From Octopus vulgaris (taxonomy: Eukaryota), in assembly GCA_951406725.2 (NCBI GenBank), contig OX597839.1, positions 24,180,001 to 24,244,000 on the forward strand: DNA of 64,000 bases. Direction: 5' to 3'. This document shows, piece by piece, positions 1 through 13,967 of this stretch. The position numbers and the translations under genes are program-made. The stretch's first letter is position 1, and every line of letters starts with the position of its first letter. The notes under the pieces were generated by a model. It was not told the origin of the DNA and made no database searches. It saw only the letters and a program-made list of their open reading frames with translations.

Positions 1-230
1 CAGTTGTCAAGCGATGTTGTGGGGACAAACAGGCACACAAACACACACACACAATATATATACATATATACGATGGGCTTCTTTCAGTTTCCGTCTACCA
101 AATCCACTCACAAGGCTTTGGTAGGCCCGATGCTATAGTAGAAGACACTCGCCCAAGGTGCCATGCAGTGGGACTGAACCCGGAACCATGTGGTTGGTAA
201 GCAAGCTACTTACCACACAGCCACTCATGC
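1..230 (-). mobile_element. SINE family A (tRNA-derived, CORE-like), 5' part; runs off window edge
   Basis: Reverse complement of the head/CORE segment seen at 5477 and 47387 (gagtggctgtgtggtaagtagcttgc...ccttgggcgagtgtcttctactatagc). Confidence 0.85.
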
Positions 231-501
231 AGCACATTTCAAACATAATTGTTGAAATCATCTGTCTGGCTCTGACTGGTTTCCCCAGTAATTGACAATA
301 CACAATATGTTCTTGGTGGTACAGGTAAAATGGCTGGTGACATGGAAGTGTAAGGTGGTAGGATGGCAGGAGGGAAGATATTTAGTGGTAAGGTAAATTG
401 AGGGCTGAGATGTAGGCTATAGCAGCAGCAGAAGTGGGGGGGAGGCATCAACAACTGGTTGAGAGGTACCTATATATATATATGTGTCTGTGTGTGTATG
501 C

Positions 502-542
<41 letters not shown>

Positions 543-2019
543 TAGATAGACAGACAGACAGACAGACGGACATGGCTATGTGCAAAGAAACCCACTTCTC
601 AATGACATCATCCTGGGTTCACACCCACTGCATAGCACCTTCAGTAAGGTCAACCAAAGCCTTATGAGCGGATTTGGTTGATGGAAACTGAAAGAAGCCC
701 ATTGTGTATGTGTGCGTTTCTCTTCATGTCCCATCACTATTTGACAAACAGAGTTGGTTTATTTACACTTCTGTAACTTAGCAGCTCAGCAAAAGACACT
801 GGCATAATTTCCGGGGAAGAGGCAAGCCAATTACATTGACCCCAGTGCCGGTCTGGTACACATTTGACCTCAAGTGGCCTGAACTCTTTACATGAACACC
901 ACCCTGTACTTAACTCCATGTCCCCCTACATGGCCTTGCTATTTGCTTTTGAGCCAAATTAACTAACTAACTAACTAACATTTCATTGACCCCCAAAAGG
1001 ATAAAAGGCAAAGTCAACCACAGCAGCATTTGAACTCATACCGTACATAAAGACGGACCAATATGCCGCTAACCATTCTGCCAGCTCTCCTACACCCCCC
1101 CATCATCATCATCATTAATATTAAAACAACAACAGCTCAATTGATAAAAATTTATTGTAATCCAATAAAAGATGAAATACCTCGCTCCTTAACCTGTTAA
1201 GCAGGGTCCTTATTTGATTATATATATATATATAAACTTTTGCATCTAAACCTATCAAGTTTTCATATAGAGCAATAACTGGCCCTGTTTACCATAAAAT
1301 TGTCATTAAACTGCAGCACTTCCTTTAACAGCGTCATCATCATCATCAACATAGTCTAACTGGTGCAACACACTTAAGGCTATGTTGTTAAAAACACTAC
1401 CGAGAGAATTACATCAAATATGAGAGATAAGTGGATATAAGAGAAATGGCAACCAATTAGGTTGTTCATCATCTTCTGCCTCCACCTCCCTCTTCATGAG
1501 TGGTGGTGATGGTTATATTTATAACCACCACCACCACCACCACCACTGGCAAGAGCATAAGGAAACAATAGAACACTGGTGGCGGTGGCGGTGGTGATGT
1601 GAGAGACTAGCATGATGCTATCCCCACCACGATTTCTATTGACTCTCTTTATGGTAACTGAAGCTGCTAGAAATAGCAGCCAAATTTCTCTCAAACCCAT
1701 ACATTACCAATTTCGAAAAGTGAAGGCCACATTAGGTAATGCTCAAAGCTGTTATATTTCTACGGCTGCCAACTGGTAAGTGGAACTGAAGGACATCGGA
1801 TACGGGTGACAAGGTGTTTTGTGGAGATCGAAAGGACGAGAGAGACAGACAGAGAGCGAGAGGGAGCAATATGTCAGTGAGTGTTGATGTAAACAAACCA
1901 ACAGCAATTGTCAAAAAGTGGGAGTCAAACAAAGAAACACACACACAAGTACATGCACATACCTTGCACACACACATACACACACACACACACGAAGACA
2001 CCCACGTATAAATGTATAT

Positions 2020-2272
2020 CACATAATCAGGCTATCAGATGTTGTTACACATCGCTGGTCACAATGCGCTATTGCATTGTTTTAGCCATCAAATGATGCC
2101 ACCCTGCTGGCTGGGTGAATAGGCCCTCCCCCACTTGATTGAAAGTGGGGGCTGGAGCAACGTGAAATGGAGTGTTTTGCACAAGAACAGAACGCACTGC
2201 CCATTCAGGGAATCAAACCCATGATCTAGCGATCGTGTGCGCCAATAGCCTAACCACCAGGCTACATGCCTT
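2020..2272 (-). mobile_element. SINE family C, degraded, alternative tail
   Basis: tRNA-like head and ttgctccag core on the minus strand; tail shared with the copy at 35175-35445. Confidence 0.6.
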
Positions 2273-2511
2273 CACAATACACACACACACAAACATACAC
2301 GGAGGACTTCCTTACAGTTTCCTTGTACCAAATGAAGTGATAAGGCCCGACCCAGGGCTATAGCAGAAGTCACATGCCCAAAGTATTGTGCAGTAGGACC
2401 CAAACCAAAACCTCACAGTTGCAAAACATCTTCACAACACAGCCATTCTTTAAATATCTTTTTGCAATATTCCCCATTATATGTGATACTCCATTGAGTA
2501 GTATGACAAGA

Positions 2512-2870
2512 TGATGATGATCATCATCATCATCGTCATTTAATATCTGTCTTCCATGTCAGCATGGGTTGGACAGTTTGGCAGGAGGAGCAGGCAAGGC
2601 CAGGGGACTGCATAAGGCTCCACTGCCTGCTTTGGCATGGTTTTTTCGACAGGATAGCCTTCCTGATGCCAACCACTTTACAGAATGAACTGGGTGTTTT
2701 ATGTAGCACCAGTGTGGGCAAGGTGACCAAGTAACCTGCAAGACAAAGATCCTTTGAGAGGGGAGCGGCATTGGAGGGCAGTGGCTTTGTACCAGGTGAT
2801 GAGAGGTTAGAAAGGTGTCCTACTGTAGAGGAAACACATGGTTACTCCAAAGAGAGAGAGAAACGGTGGC
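2512..2870 (-). mobile_element. Family D retroelement 3' end (RTE-like 3' UTR)
   Basis: (CAT)n tail, ttccatg..agcatgggttggacag and ttcctgatgccaaccac motifs shared with other D copies. Confidence 0.65.
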
Positions 2871-4058
2871 GATGTGCCAGGGAAAACTCTCAAGGCATGG
2901 CAATGAGAAAATGAACAGGATGGCAGAGCATGGGTGCATGAATAGGGAGTTCACATGAATGCAAAGGGTGGGGGTGGGAATGGTGGAGAATGCAGTGATT
3001 GGTGACCCCCACCACCACCACCACTACCACACCGGATATAAAGGTGAGGGTGGGGAGACGACAACAGGATAGCAATAATAGACTTTAATAAAAGCCCCAT
3101 TGAACCCAAACAGCCAGCAACTATAAACATTGAGATTTTGACGAAGTTAAGTGCCAAGCCGAGGAGGAGACAACCTCTCAAGTGGTCCAAAGAATAGTTA
3201 GTAAAGTGAATGATAAGTGGCTATGAAGAAATATCTGCTTTAAAATAGCCAAAACCCCCACCACCACCACCACCACCAGCCATATAGATATGTTTGTCCA
3301 ATGCAAACGGATCCTGCCAAAAAACAAAACAATGAAAGATGGCCTAACAAACAGAGACAGATGTTGTCTAATGCTAATATTGCGCTGCCTCTCTCTCTCT
3401 TTCTGCTACAGGAGTCCACAATGGGGGCTAGAAACCTAGATTGTTGTTTAACAGATGGATTAAATTTCAGTTCACAAAAATAAATAGTTTGCCATTAACC
3501 CCTAACGACATACAGCCATCACTATCATTTCCATTAACAAACAACCTATTAACACCTTCATCACAACAAAATATTTCAGTTTTCAATTTATGTCTGAACA
3601 TTTTAAAATATTATTTTCTGTTTTCAAATATGGGTGTGTGCACAACTTTTGCTTCCATCTCTCTCTCTCTCTCTCCCCTGTATGAGTCCACTAGGGGGGC
3701 TAGGAACCGAGATTGTGGTTTAAGATAGATTAAGTTACAAACAATTAAAACAAACCATTTTTTTTACCATCGGCTAACATGAAAATGAAATAAAATGAGA
3801 ATATCAAGCCAGACTCATGATCATAAGATTGCGGTTTCAATTCCTAGACTGGGTGATGCATTGTGTTCTTAAGCAAGACACTTCATTTCATGTTGCTCCA
3901 GTCCACTCAGCTAATGGTTAGGATGCTGCACTAATGACTTCTAGATTGCGGTTTCAATTCCTGGACTGGGCAGTGCATTGTGTTTTTAAGCAAAACACTT
4001 CATTCCACATTGCTCCAGTCCACTCAGCTGGCAAAAAGGAGTAATCCAGTAACTATAA

Positions 4059-4096
<38 letters not shown>

Positions 4097-4100
4097 AGAG

Positions 4101-4437
4101 TAAAGACCTCCTTCGGTCATGAATGACCATAGGATTGCACCTAGAAAGTTACCCTCCTAGGCACAAGTCCAGGCAAGGTTGTTTATGGAAGGCCAGCAGT
4201 CCACCCATGCATACCAGCCTCCTTCCTCTCCACCCCACCAATGTTACCGAAGGGAAAGGCATAGGGTCCGATACAACTTGGCACCAGTGACGTTGCAACT
4301 CATTTCTACAGCTGGGTGAACTGGAGCAACGTGAAATAAAGCGCCTTGCTCAAGAACACAACACGCAGCCTAGTCCGGGAATCGAACTCACGACCTCGTG
4401 ATTGTTAGCCCGACGGTTTAACCACTGAGCCATGCAT
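4101..4437 (-). mobile_element. SINE family C, near full length (tail 1)
   Basis: Reverse complement of 33397-33730; A/B-box head (tggctcagtgg / gttcgattcc). Confidence 0.85.
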
Positions 4438-5117
4438 CTGAGAAACCAGGAAACTGGTTTTATGACTCAGATCTGTCATCGTCACCATGTCACCATCACT
4501 GTCGTTGTCATCCTCATCCACCTCCACCTCCTCCTCCTCATCATCCTGAGTACAATCCCCCTCCAACAAAGTATTTTCAGTCTGAAATATATTAGCCTTT
4601 TCCTCTTCCTCTCAGTCACACTGATCTTTTTATATTTTATATTCTAGTCTCTGTTTTCCATTTTGCAACCGTCTCCACTCACTAATTGTCAAAACAGCCC
4701 AGTGACCATTTACATAAGGTCCTAGTGTTTACTCAATATACAACAGGGGTGTTCTGTTACACTATTACATGCTACAAGCTTTGCTATATTTCATCTGTCC
4801 ACATTTAAAATGCTGGTGAACAGAAAGCAGCAACGGAGCTATGGATTCTGTTTCAATTAGCCCCTGACATTAAAGACTTAACCAGCAGAAATATTAGCTC
4901 AGAGACGATAACATAGGAAGATGGATTTGAAGGTTGCGGATGAGGTGGAGCGGGAAGGGGGAAACTGGTAATGCCAAGATGTCAGGATTTAGAGAGAGAT
5001 TTTAGAGAGCCACAGATTGAAAACAAGATTAGATTAGAACCACCACATGGAAGATTCCCAGTGTGTGTGTGTAGTGTGGATACATGTATATATATATACA
5101 CATACATACCTCTAACC

Positions 5118-5437
5118 ATGAAGTGTGGCTTTGTGGTTAGGGGTATTTGGCTCATAATCATAAGGTCACAAGTTCAAATACTGGTGGTGCGTTGGTTCCT
5201 TGAGCAAGACACTCTATTTCTCATTGCTCCAGTCCACTCAGCTGGCAAAAATGAGTTGTATGCATAATTCAAGGGGCCAGCCTTACAACATTCTATGTCA
5301 CACTGAATCCCCCTGAGAACTAGATTAAGGGTATGTGTGTCTGTGGAGTACTCAGCCACTTGCACATTAAATTCACATGCAGGCTGTTTGGTTTGTCGGA
5401 TCAACTGGATACTCTCGTTGCAACCTGCAGAGTGCCA
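5118..5437 (+). mobile_element. SINE family C (tail 2)
   Basis: Head plus cttgagcaagacac core; tail gtgtctgtggagtactcagccacttgcac matches 58518-58871. Confidence 0.75.
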
Positions 5438-5476
5438 GTAGAGATAGATAAATAGACAGACAGACAAGTATACATA

Positions 5477-5655
5477 GGCGCAGGAGTGGCTGTGTGGTAA
5501 GTAGCTTGCTTACCAACCACATGGTTCCGGGTTCAGTCCCACTGCATGACATCTTGGGCAAGTGTCTTCTACTATAGCCTCGGGCCGACCAAAGCCTTGT
5601 GAGTGGATTTGGTAGACGGAAACTGAAAGAAGCCCGTCGTATATATGCACATATA

Positions 5656-5706
<51 letters not shown>

Positions 5707-5928
5707 GTGTGTGTATGTTTGTGTGTCTGTGTTTGTCTTCCTAGCATTGCATGACAACCGATGCTGGTGTGTTTATGTCCCCGTTACTTAGCGATTCGGC
5801 AAAAGAGACCGATAGAATAAGTACTGGGCTTACAAAAGAATAAGTCCCGGGGTCGATTTGCTCGACTAAAAGCAGTGCTCCAGCATGGCCACAGTCAAAT
5901 GACTGAAACAAGTAAAAGAGAAAGAGAG
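5477..5928 (+). mobile_element. SINE family A, full length, with internal (TA)n
   Basis: Pol III-like head, CORE-like catcttgggcaagtgtctt, internal microsatellite, gtaaaagag tail; atacata flanks both ends (possible TSD). Confidence 0.9.
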
Positions 5929-6700
5929 ATACATATTCACAGAATTATATACATACAGTTTAACACAGACAGACACACAGACAGACATATATCTATGTAT
6001 GTTCATACATGAAATCTTCTGCGATTTCATACAAAGGAAGAGAGAAAAAGAAAAAGGAGAGAAAAAGAAAAAAAGATTGAAACGAGTGGCACATCTCTGA
6101 GAGTAATTGATAAAATGACCTGTAGACTGACAGAGAAGAAAGCTTTCTGGCTGAATGGCTGCTGACATTAATTCTATAATAAACGCGATGACTTTCCATA
6201 GGCCGTTAATGATATTTGAATAGAATATTTCCTGTCCTCTTTATATATAAATCATATTGAAATTAGCAGCCAGTATCCTGTAAAAGTCGCAATTAACATC
6301 TCGAGCCGGTTTGCAGAGAAAGAACCGCAATAAGCACCGACCTGCAGTGAAAGCAGCCATTTACAACTACGATAAACACCAAAACAGTTCATCAGTTTAG
6401 CGGCAGCGGTGGAGTGGAAGGAGAGAAAAGGTGGTAGGGTGGGGCATAAACTAGGCGTGTGTGAAAGAGTAGCTAATAGATCGATATTTCTTGAAAATAT
6501 TTTTAGCGTTCTTTCAATGGTCTGAGAAGGTGGAATCGGGGGAAAAAAAAAGTAAAATGGCACTGTAGTTATTCTTCTCTTTGGTTCTCGTTGGAACACA
6601 AGATAAGTCGATCTATAAGGAAATATTTTCTGAAATAGCACAAAGAGAACCGAGTGGAAAGGTAAGTTTACAGCAAATATTTTAAAACAGGAATAATTAA

Positions 6701-6919
6701 CCCTTTAGTGTTCAGATTATTCCATCAAACATAATGCTTATTGATTCACATTGATTTGAATTAATCAGGCATTATCTCATATCTTCAAGATCTTGATGGT
6801 GTAATTACTTAATGTAGAATAACATTGTAGGGTAGGTGTGAGAGTCTGGATCTGGTCAGTTTGAACATAAAACAGATTAAATATTTTGGCTGGATATGGC
6901 TGGTTTAAATACTAAAGGG
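6701..6919. mobile_element. piggyBac-like MITE
   Basis: TTAA|ccctttagt ... actaaaggg|TTAA; related copies near 16130-16515, 21331, 26410-26605, 40620-40790 and 41310-41505. Confidence 0.8.
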
Positions 6920-8279
6920 TTAAATGGGTTTCAGAAAAAGGTCCTTTAACCTTACCCCATACCTTAATACAAGATCCCAACATAAAACAGGCACACAAAA
7001 TTTGTACAATGAACCCTAAATCCCTATTACAGAAAACCATTTTCACAAGAGCCTGCAACCAGAGCCTATATGAACCCTGCAGGGTCCACATAAGATTTTG
7101 TCCTTAAAATTTATGTCCTATAAATTGGTTATATTTACACAGTACACAAAATATTAAGAAAAATAATTTAGAGAGAGCTGGAAAGATTATGGCAAAGCAA
7201 TTTCTCCAGTGCACTAACACCTCCTCTAACCGGCTGCCTTACATACGTGCGCATGTGTAAGCCTACACATGGACACACAGGAGCAGGTAGGGCTTCATGT
7301 TAAGACGTTTGCTTCCCAACCACATGGTTCTGGGTTCAGTCCCATGGAAAGAAACCTGTCATGTGTTTGTCCCCCAAAACTGCTTGACAGCTGGTGTTGG
7401 TGTGTTTACATCCCTGTAGCTTAGCAGTTTGGCAAAAGAAACAGAATACCAGGCTTGAAAAAAAAAAAAAAAGCGATGGGATCAATCCAATTGGCTAAAA
7501 ATACTTCAAGACGGTGCCCCAGCATGGCCACAGTCTCATGACACATAAAAGATACACACACACACACACACAGACATCTACATACATGCACTCGCATATA
7601 CACCCCCCTCATGGACCTGTGATGCTAACTCTTGGTTCCGCTCTGTGAGAAATAATCCAAATCACTCCAGATTCTGGTTCCAAAGAAATTCAAAGAAAAA
7701 ACAAACTGAAATATTTTCAGATTATTTCCAAGATAAACTTCAATTAGTGCCGTCTTGGATAAACAGAAGAAGCTCTGCAATAACAGCTTGGATGTTTTTC
7801 TAAGATATCAGATAATACAAAAAAAAATGATACAACCAGATCAAACAACAAAACTATTTATTTACATTATGTTCACATCTTCTCCTCTTTCTTTCTTTCT
7901 CCTACCATTCGCTCCCCCCACCACCACCACTATCTCCACTCACGAGACTGTGGTTGGCCAAAGGGTACAGCAGAAGAGATTTGCACAAGGGGACATGCAG
8001 TGGGACTGAACCTGGAACCACGTGGTTGGGAAGCAGGTCTCTTACCACACAGCCATGCCTCTGTGTGTGTGTATGTTTGTGTACACACAGACACACACAC
8101 ACACACACACAATGTACATATATTTGCATATAGAAGAGAGAGATGAGTAAAACCAAACTGTAGAATCAACAAAGCTGATAAGCTCAGCAGTTTGAGTCTC
8201 CTTTCAAGCTGACTAAAAGGGTCCACATCATTTTATATGATTCCATAAAGCGCACACTCACAAACACACACACTATGAC

Positions 8280-8789
8280 CGGTACTGGATTAACCATTAA
8301 GCAAAACAAGCGCATACTTAGGGCAGCAAGGAAAGTAGGGGGGGACACCAGAGAAATGATAAATTGCTTACGGCACAAAAGAAATTACTTTAAACTTGCT
8401 AAAATAAACATTAGTTAGTTGTGCCTTTCCAAATTGCTTACTTGAGCGTTCATTTTCTCGGTTGAAGTATATTAAAAATCCCATTAGAACACCTATGCAA
8501 CCAGACAGGCTGGATGCCTTATCTCTGCTAAGTATAGAAGCAGATGTGTTACACAAGATTAATTTTGAGGATCCGATGAAAGACTTAGCAATTTTTCAAA
8601 AAATAGAAAACTTTTCAAATATAAATAAAATGGAAGTATACAAAAAATAACATTATTTTCTATTTTCCTGTTAGTTTTGTTTCATTTATTTCATAGTTTA
8701 TTATTGTTTATATTTTTGCTTTACATATATATGGGGACACCAAAATCTTTTAAGTGTTTAGGGTCCGTACGGGTCTTAATTTGTCCCTG
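8280..8789 (+). mobile_element. Non-autonomous hAT element retaining the transposase C-terminal dimerisation segment
   Basis: Perfect 8-bp TSD actatgac (8272-8279, 8790-8797); degenerate TIRs; translation ERSFSRLKYIKNPIRTPMQPDRLDALSLLSIE; second right end near 62205-62255. Confidence 0.85.
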
Positions 8790-9744
8790 ACTATGACCTA
8801 CTGTGGAATTCTGAAGACGGAACTTAGTCGATTAAATTCACCCCAGTACATGACCGGTATTTCATCTTACTGATCTTGTAATAAAGGATGAAAGGCAGAG
8901 CTGACCTTGGTGAGATTTGAACTCAGATCTTAAAGAGACGGAACAAATACGACATCATTTTATCCACTGCACTAACGACTCTGCCAAACCACCACCCTCA
9001 CCACACTAACAACGACAAGTATAAATATTTAATTTAAAGCCTGACAGCCTTTATTTCTAATTATCAATAAAAGGCAATCGTAGTCTGAACCTTTCATTTC
9101 AGCAACGTACCGCCAACACTAATTCATTTATGTTGCTAAGCACGGAGCGAATTAGAAATAATGTTTCCATAAAATTACTAGCCATGAGCTCAGAACAATC
9201 TTTCGCTAATCTTACAATGTAATTTACAAGACAAAATTCCAAATGTATTGTCTATTAGTGGAAGTATGCTAAAAGGAAGGTGGCTATCATGGAAATTTCT
9301 TAATCACATCACGATACCATTCATTAAAATCTATCCGATAATATATATCAACTGATTGAGCGAATCTGAAAACGAACGACTGCAATCTAGCTGACAACAA
9401 GCAATGATACCGTAATGGAATAAAAGTTTTAAAGCAATTGAGCCGAAATCTAGCTCTGTATCTTTCTCTAGGTCCCGGCTTGGAGAGTTTCGCTCTGGGA
9501 GAGCCATGGACGGCAGTGTCACTAATTTATAGCAATCCATTTTCCTTTCTTTTCTTTTCTTTTTTTCTTCACTGTTGGTGATAAAGTGCGGATGCTCCGA
9601 AGATATTATGGCTTGTGATAGTCCAATTAACTTCACAAGTAGCCTATTACCACAAGAAAATTGTTAAATAATAAAGGTGATATGGAAGGTTTATTTATCA
9701 GAGTCCAAAATACTAACAAACTAGTATTTTGTTGATCCATCAAA

Positions 9745-10110
<366 letters not shown>

Positions 10111-11147
10111 ATACATGCATCTCTGTGTCTATGACATCACCCATAAATGATCATTTAACAGACTTTTGGTCAGAAGCTATGACAAACTAACGGTTTGGTA
10201 TTCCGTGTTAAAATATGACCAATTTCAACAGAACTGATACAATCTAACTTATCTGATAAGTATTTTCTGTAGCTGGCAGCCAGCCTGCAGGACTATTACG
10301 CTAGTACCGTACCGAGCTACTGCTGTCAGCCAGGGGAAACGGTTAATTCTGAAGAAATCTTTTCTAAAGCTCTGCTGCACTATATCTATCAACACTTCCT
10401 GATTTGATAGAACGGTACCGACATAAATGTCAAGTAAATGGTATCATGGAGAAAAGCAATTTCTGTGGTAATAAAAGAAAAAGATGCTCAACGCCAGAGG
10501 CCATTGTAACCGATTGAGTTTGTTTTATGACTTTTAGGCCTTATTCATTGGAGATAATAGGATTTGCAACCAATCGTGCTTTTATGAGTGATTTTAGACT
10601 ATTTATTCGAGCAATAAAAATTTATCAGCAGACATCTCCAGATGACTTCACTTTTTATCTGATATACAGACAAATCTGAAATTATTATATCTACAAGAAG
10701 AATGCAGGCTTTCAAGAGAAAGATGAATGAATGCATTAAAAGAAGAAGAAGAAAAAAGTAAAAAAAAAAAAAAAAGCACTTCCCCCACTAAAACCACTAT
10801 TACCTCTGTCGCCGCCACCCACCCTGAATATCAATATCAATATCAAAGACGGTCGTACCAAGAGGAATAAATTCTTAAACTTAAAAACACTAAAAATGAT
10901 TCTTTGGAAATAAATGTATAATTTATGGATCAAAAGGTTGAACAAAGTTGAGTTATTCACGGAGGGGACCCCACCGCCGATGGCGTTGGACTCGGACTAC
11001 AAAAACGGTCTTAAAAGTTTCTGACAAATTATGCCAGTTCATAAATCAGAATGTGTTTTTTTTTCTTATTCAGAGCCAACGCCATGTTTCATCATCTTCA
11101 AATTGAAACAAAATGTCTAGGTAGCAAAAGAAGACATCAAAGCAATG

Positions 11148-11448
11148 GTGTAGTAGTAGCAGCAACAGCAGTAGTAGTAGTAGTAGTAGTGGTGGTGGTG
11201 GTGGTGGTAGTAGTAGCAGCAGTAGTAGTAGTGGTGGTGGTGGTGGTAGTAGTAGCAGCAACAGTAGTAGTAGTAGTAGAAGTAGTAGTAGTAGTAGAAG
11301 TAGTAGTAACAGTAGTAGTAGTAGTAGTAGTAGAAGTAGTAACAGTAGTAGTAATAGTAGTAGTAGTAGAAGTAGTAGTAACAGTAGTAATAGCAGCAGT
11401 AGTAGTAGTATTAGAAGTAGTAGTAGTAACAGTAGTAATAGTAGTAAC

Positions 11449-11483
<35 letters not shown>

Positions 11484-11500
11484 CAGCAGTAGTAGTAGTA
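11148..11500. repeat. (GTA)n/(GTG)n trinucleotide tract
   Basis: Seen directly; source of the poly-V and poly-L ORFs. Confidence 0.98.
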
Positions 11501-11606
11501 TGGGGGGGTATCTGCTATGACAGCGTGTTGCTGCATCCACCGTTTGTTGGTGATTCCTTACTACTCGGCATGGACCCTACATCAAGAATATATTATTATT
11601 ATTATT

Positions 11607-12555
11607 AGGGAAACCTTGCCAGATCGGATTGGAGCCTGGTGCAGCCGTCTGGATGACCAGCCCTCAGTCAAAGCATCCAACCCATGCCAGCATGGAAAGT
11701 GGACGTTAAACGACAACAACGATGACGATGATGATGATTATGGTTGGAGCCAGGCAAAGTGGTGAGCTGGCAAAACTGTCAGCACACCGTCCGAAATGCT
11801 TAGCGGCATTTTGTCTGTCTTCACAATCTCTGAGTTCAAATTCTGCTGAGGTTGACTTCACCTTTTTATCCTTTTGGGGTCAATAAATTAAGTACCAGTG
11901 AAACACTAGGATCGATGTAATCAACTAGTCCCCACCCCCAACAAAATTCTGGGCCCTGTGCCTAGAGTAGAAACAATTATAATTATTATTATTATTATTC
12001 AATCGTGGTCGTTCGCCAGCCTCATCTGGCACCTGTGTCGGTGGCACATAAAAACACTATCCGAGCGTGGCCGTCTGCCAGCCTCGTGTGGCACCTGTGT
12101 TGGTGGCACATAAAAAACACCATCCGAGCGTGGCCGTTCGCCAGCCTCGTCTGGCACCTGTGTCGGTGGCACATAAAATCACCCACTACACTCTCGGAGT
12201 GGTTGGCGTTAGGAAGGGCATCCAGCTGTAGAAACACTGCCAGATCTGACTGGCCTGGTGCAGCCTTCGGGCTCCCCAGACCCCAGTTGAACCGTCCAAC
12301 CCATGCTAGCATGGAAAAGGGTTGTTTAAGGATTATTATTATTATTACTATTTAAGGCAACAGTCAGAATTGTTAGTATGCCAGGGGAAATGTTTAGCAG
12401 CATTCCTGCCCTCTCTACTTTCTGAATTCAGATTCCACCGAGGTGGACTTAGCCTTTCATCTTTTCAGGGGTTGATAAACTAAGTACCAGTTGATGTAAA
12501 TGATTTACCCACTTCCTTGAAATTGCTGGCCTTGTGCAAAAATTAGAAACCAATA
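11607..12555 (+). mobile_element. Cluster of alternating D, B, D, B copies
   Basis: D 11607-11737; B 11752-12000; D 12004-12318 with three ~62-bp subrepeats; degraded B 12352-12555. Confidence 0.75.
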
Positions 12556-12710
12556 ATGACAAATTTGAATATTTTATTTACTAAATGATCCAAATTCTTC
12601 ATTATAGGAATCCCACGACTATTCCAGACATTACATTCCAAAACCCACTGCAATAGGGGAAAATCTGCCAAGTAGAAACAGTACTGCCCAGTATATATGT
12701 TTACTCGGAA

Positions 12711-13091
12711 ACTTGTTTCAGTCATTTGACTGCGGCCATGCTGGAGCATCGCTTTTTTAGTCGAGCAAATTGACCCCAGGACTTGTTCTTTGTAAGCCTA
12801 GTACTTATTCTATCAGTCTCTTTTGCCGAACCGCTAAGTAACGGGGACGTAAACACACCAGCATCGGTTGTCAAGCGATGTTAGTGGGGACAAACACAGA
12901 CACACAAACACACACACACATATATATACATATATACGACGGGCTTCTTTCAGTTTCCGTCTACCAAATCCACTCAGAAGGCTTTGGTCGGCCCGAGGCT
13001 ATAGTAGAAGAAACTTGCCCAAGGTGCCACGCAGTGGGACTGAACCCGGAGCCGTGTGGTTGGTAAGCAAGCTACTTACCACACAGCCACT
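12711..13091 (-). mobile_element. SINE family A
   Basis: Reverse complement closely matches 47387-47805. Confidence 0.9.
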
Positions 13092-13624
13092 AATTTGTAT
13101 ATATTTATTTTATTATAAATGCAAACCAACACCATGGCAGAATCGACGTAAGCTTAAATAATAAACCGTGATAGGTGAGGGATTATTGTATTTTATTTAT
13201 TGAAACACATGGAGACTGGCACACATTAGAAATAGGTAATAAAATGGTTAAGAAGCAGAAAACAATGGTTCTCTGGGCCAAATTCGGATATAATCCAGCG
13301 GATACTGTTTTGGTTTTTTTTCCCCAGATTCATTCAAAGAGAGAAACCTTATTGATTTTGAATCAATAGCAGAAGGAGAGAAAGATTGACTCCAACAAAC
13401 TGTCACAGCAGATGCATCAAACATCAATAAATAGAAACGTTCGGTAAATAGTAAGCTTTTAAATCATGAAACCTGAAGGGGAGCAAATTATATACACACA
13501 CACACACACAAGTATATACATACATATATACATGCAACTACACATACATATATATATATATATATGTATTGGCTTAAGTCTTTCATTGTTTGATTTGCCT
13601 AATAGTGGTTTTGTCTCTAATTTA

Positions 13625-13660
<36 letters not shown>

Positions 13661-13670
13661 CATATACACG

Positions 13671-13709
<39 letters not shown>

Positions 13710-13967
13710 TCTTTTTTTTTATTCTTTTACTTGTTTCAGTCACTTGACTGCGGCCATGCTGGAGCACCGCCTTTTGTCGAGCAAATCGACCCCGGGACTT
13801 ATTCTTTGTAAGCCCAGTACTTATTCTGTCAGTCTCTTTTGCTGAACCACTAAGTTACGGGGATGTAAACATACCAACACCAGTTGTCAATTGGTGGAGC
13901 AAGACAAACACAAAGGCATCTATCTCTCTCTCTCTCTCTCTCTCTCTTTATATATATATATATATAT

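Noticed and set aside
9331-9636. 101-aa minus-strand ORF in unique sequence
   Set aside because: No recognisable domain, includes a poly-A-derived Lys run, and no convincing splice sites.
11051-11608. Poly-Val / poly-Leu ORFs resembling membrane proteins
   Set aside because: Product of a (GTA)n tract.
12004-12178. CRISPR-like regularly spaced repeats (also 42833 and 49707)
   Set aside because: Tandem units without unique spacers, no cas genes, eukaryotic context.
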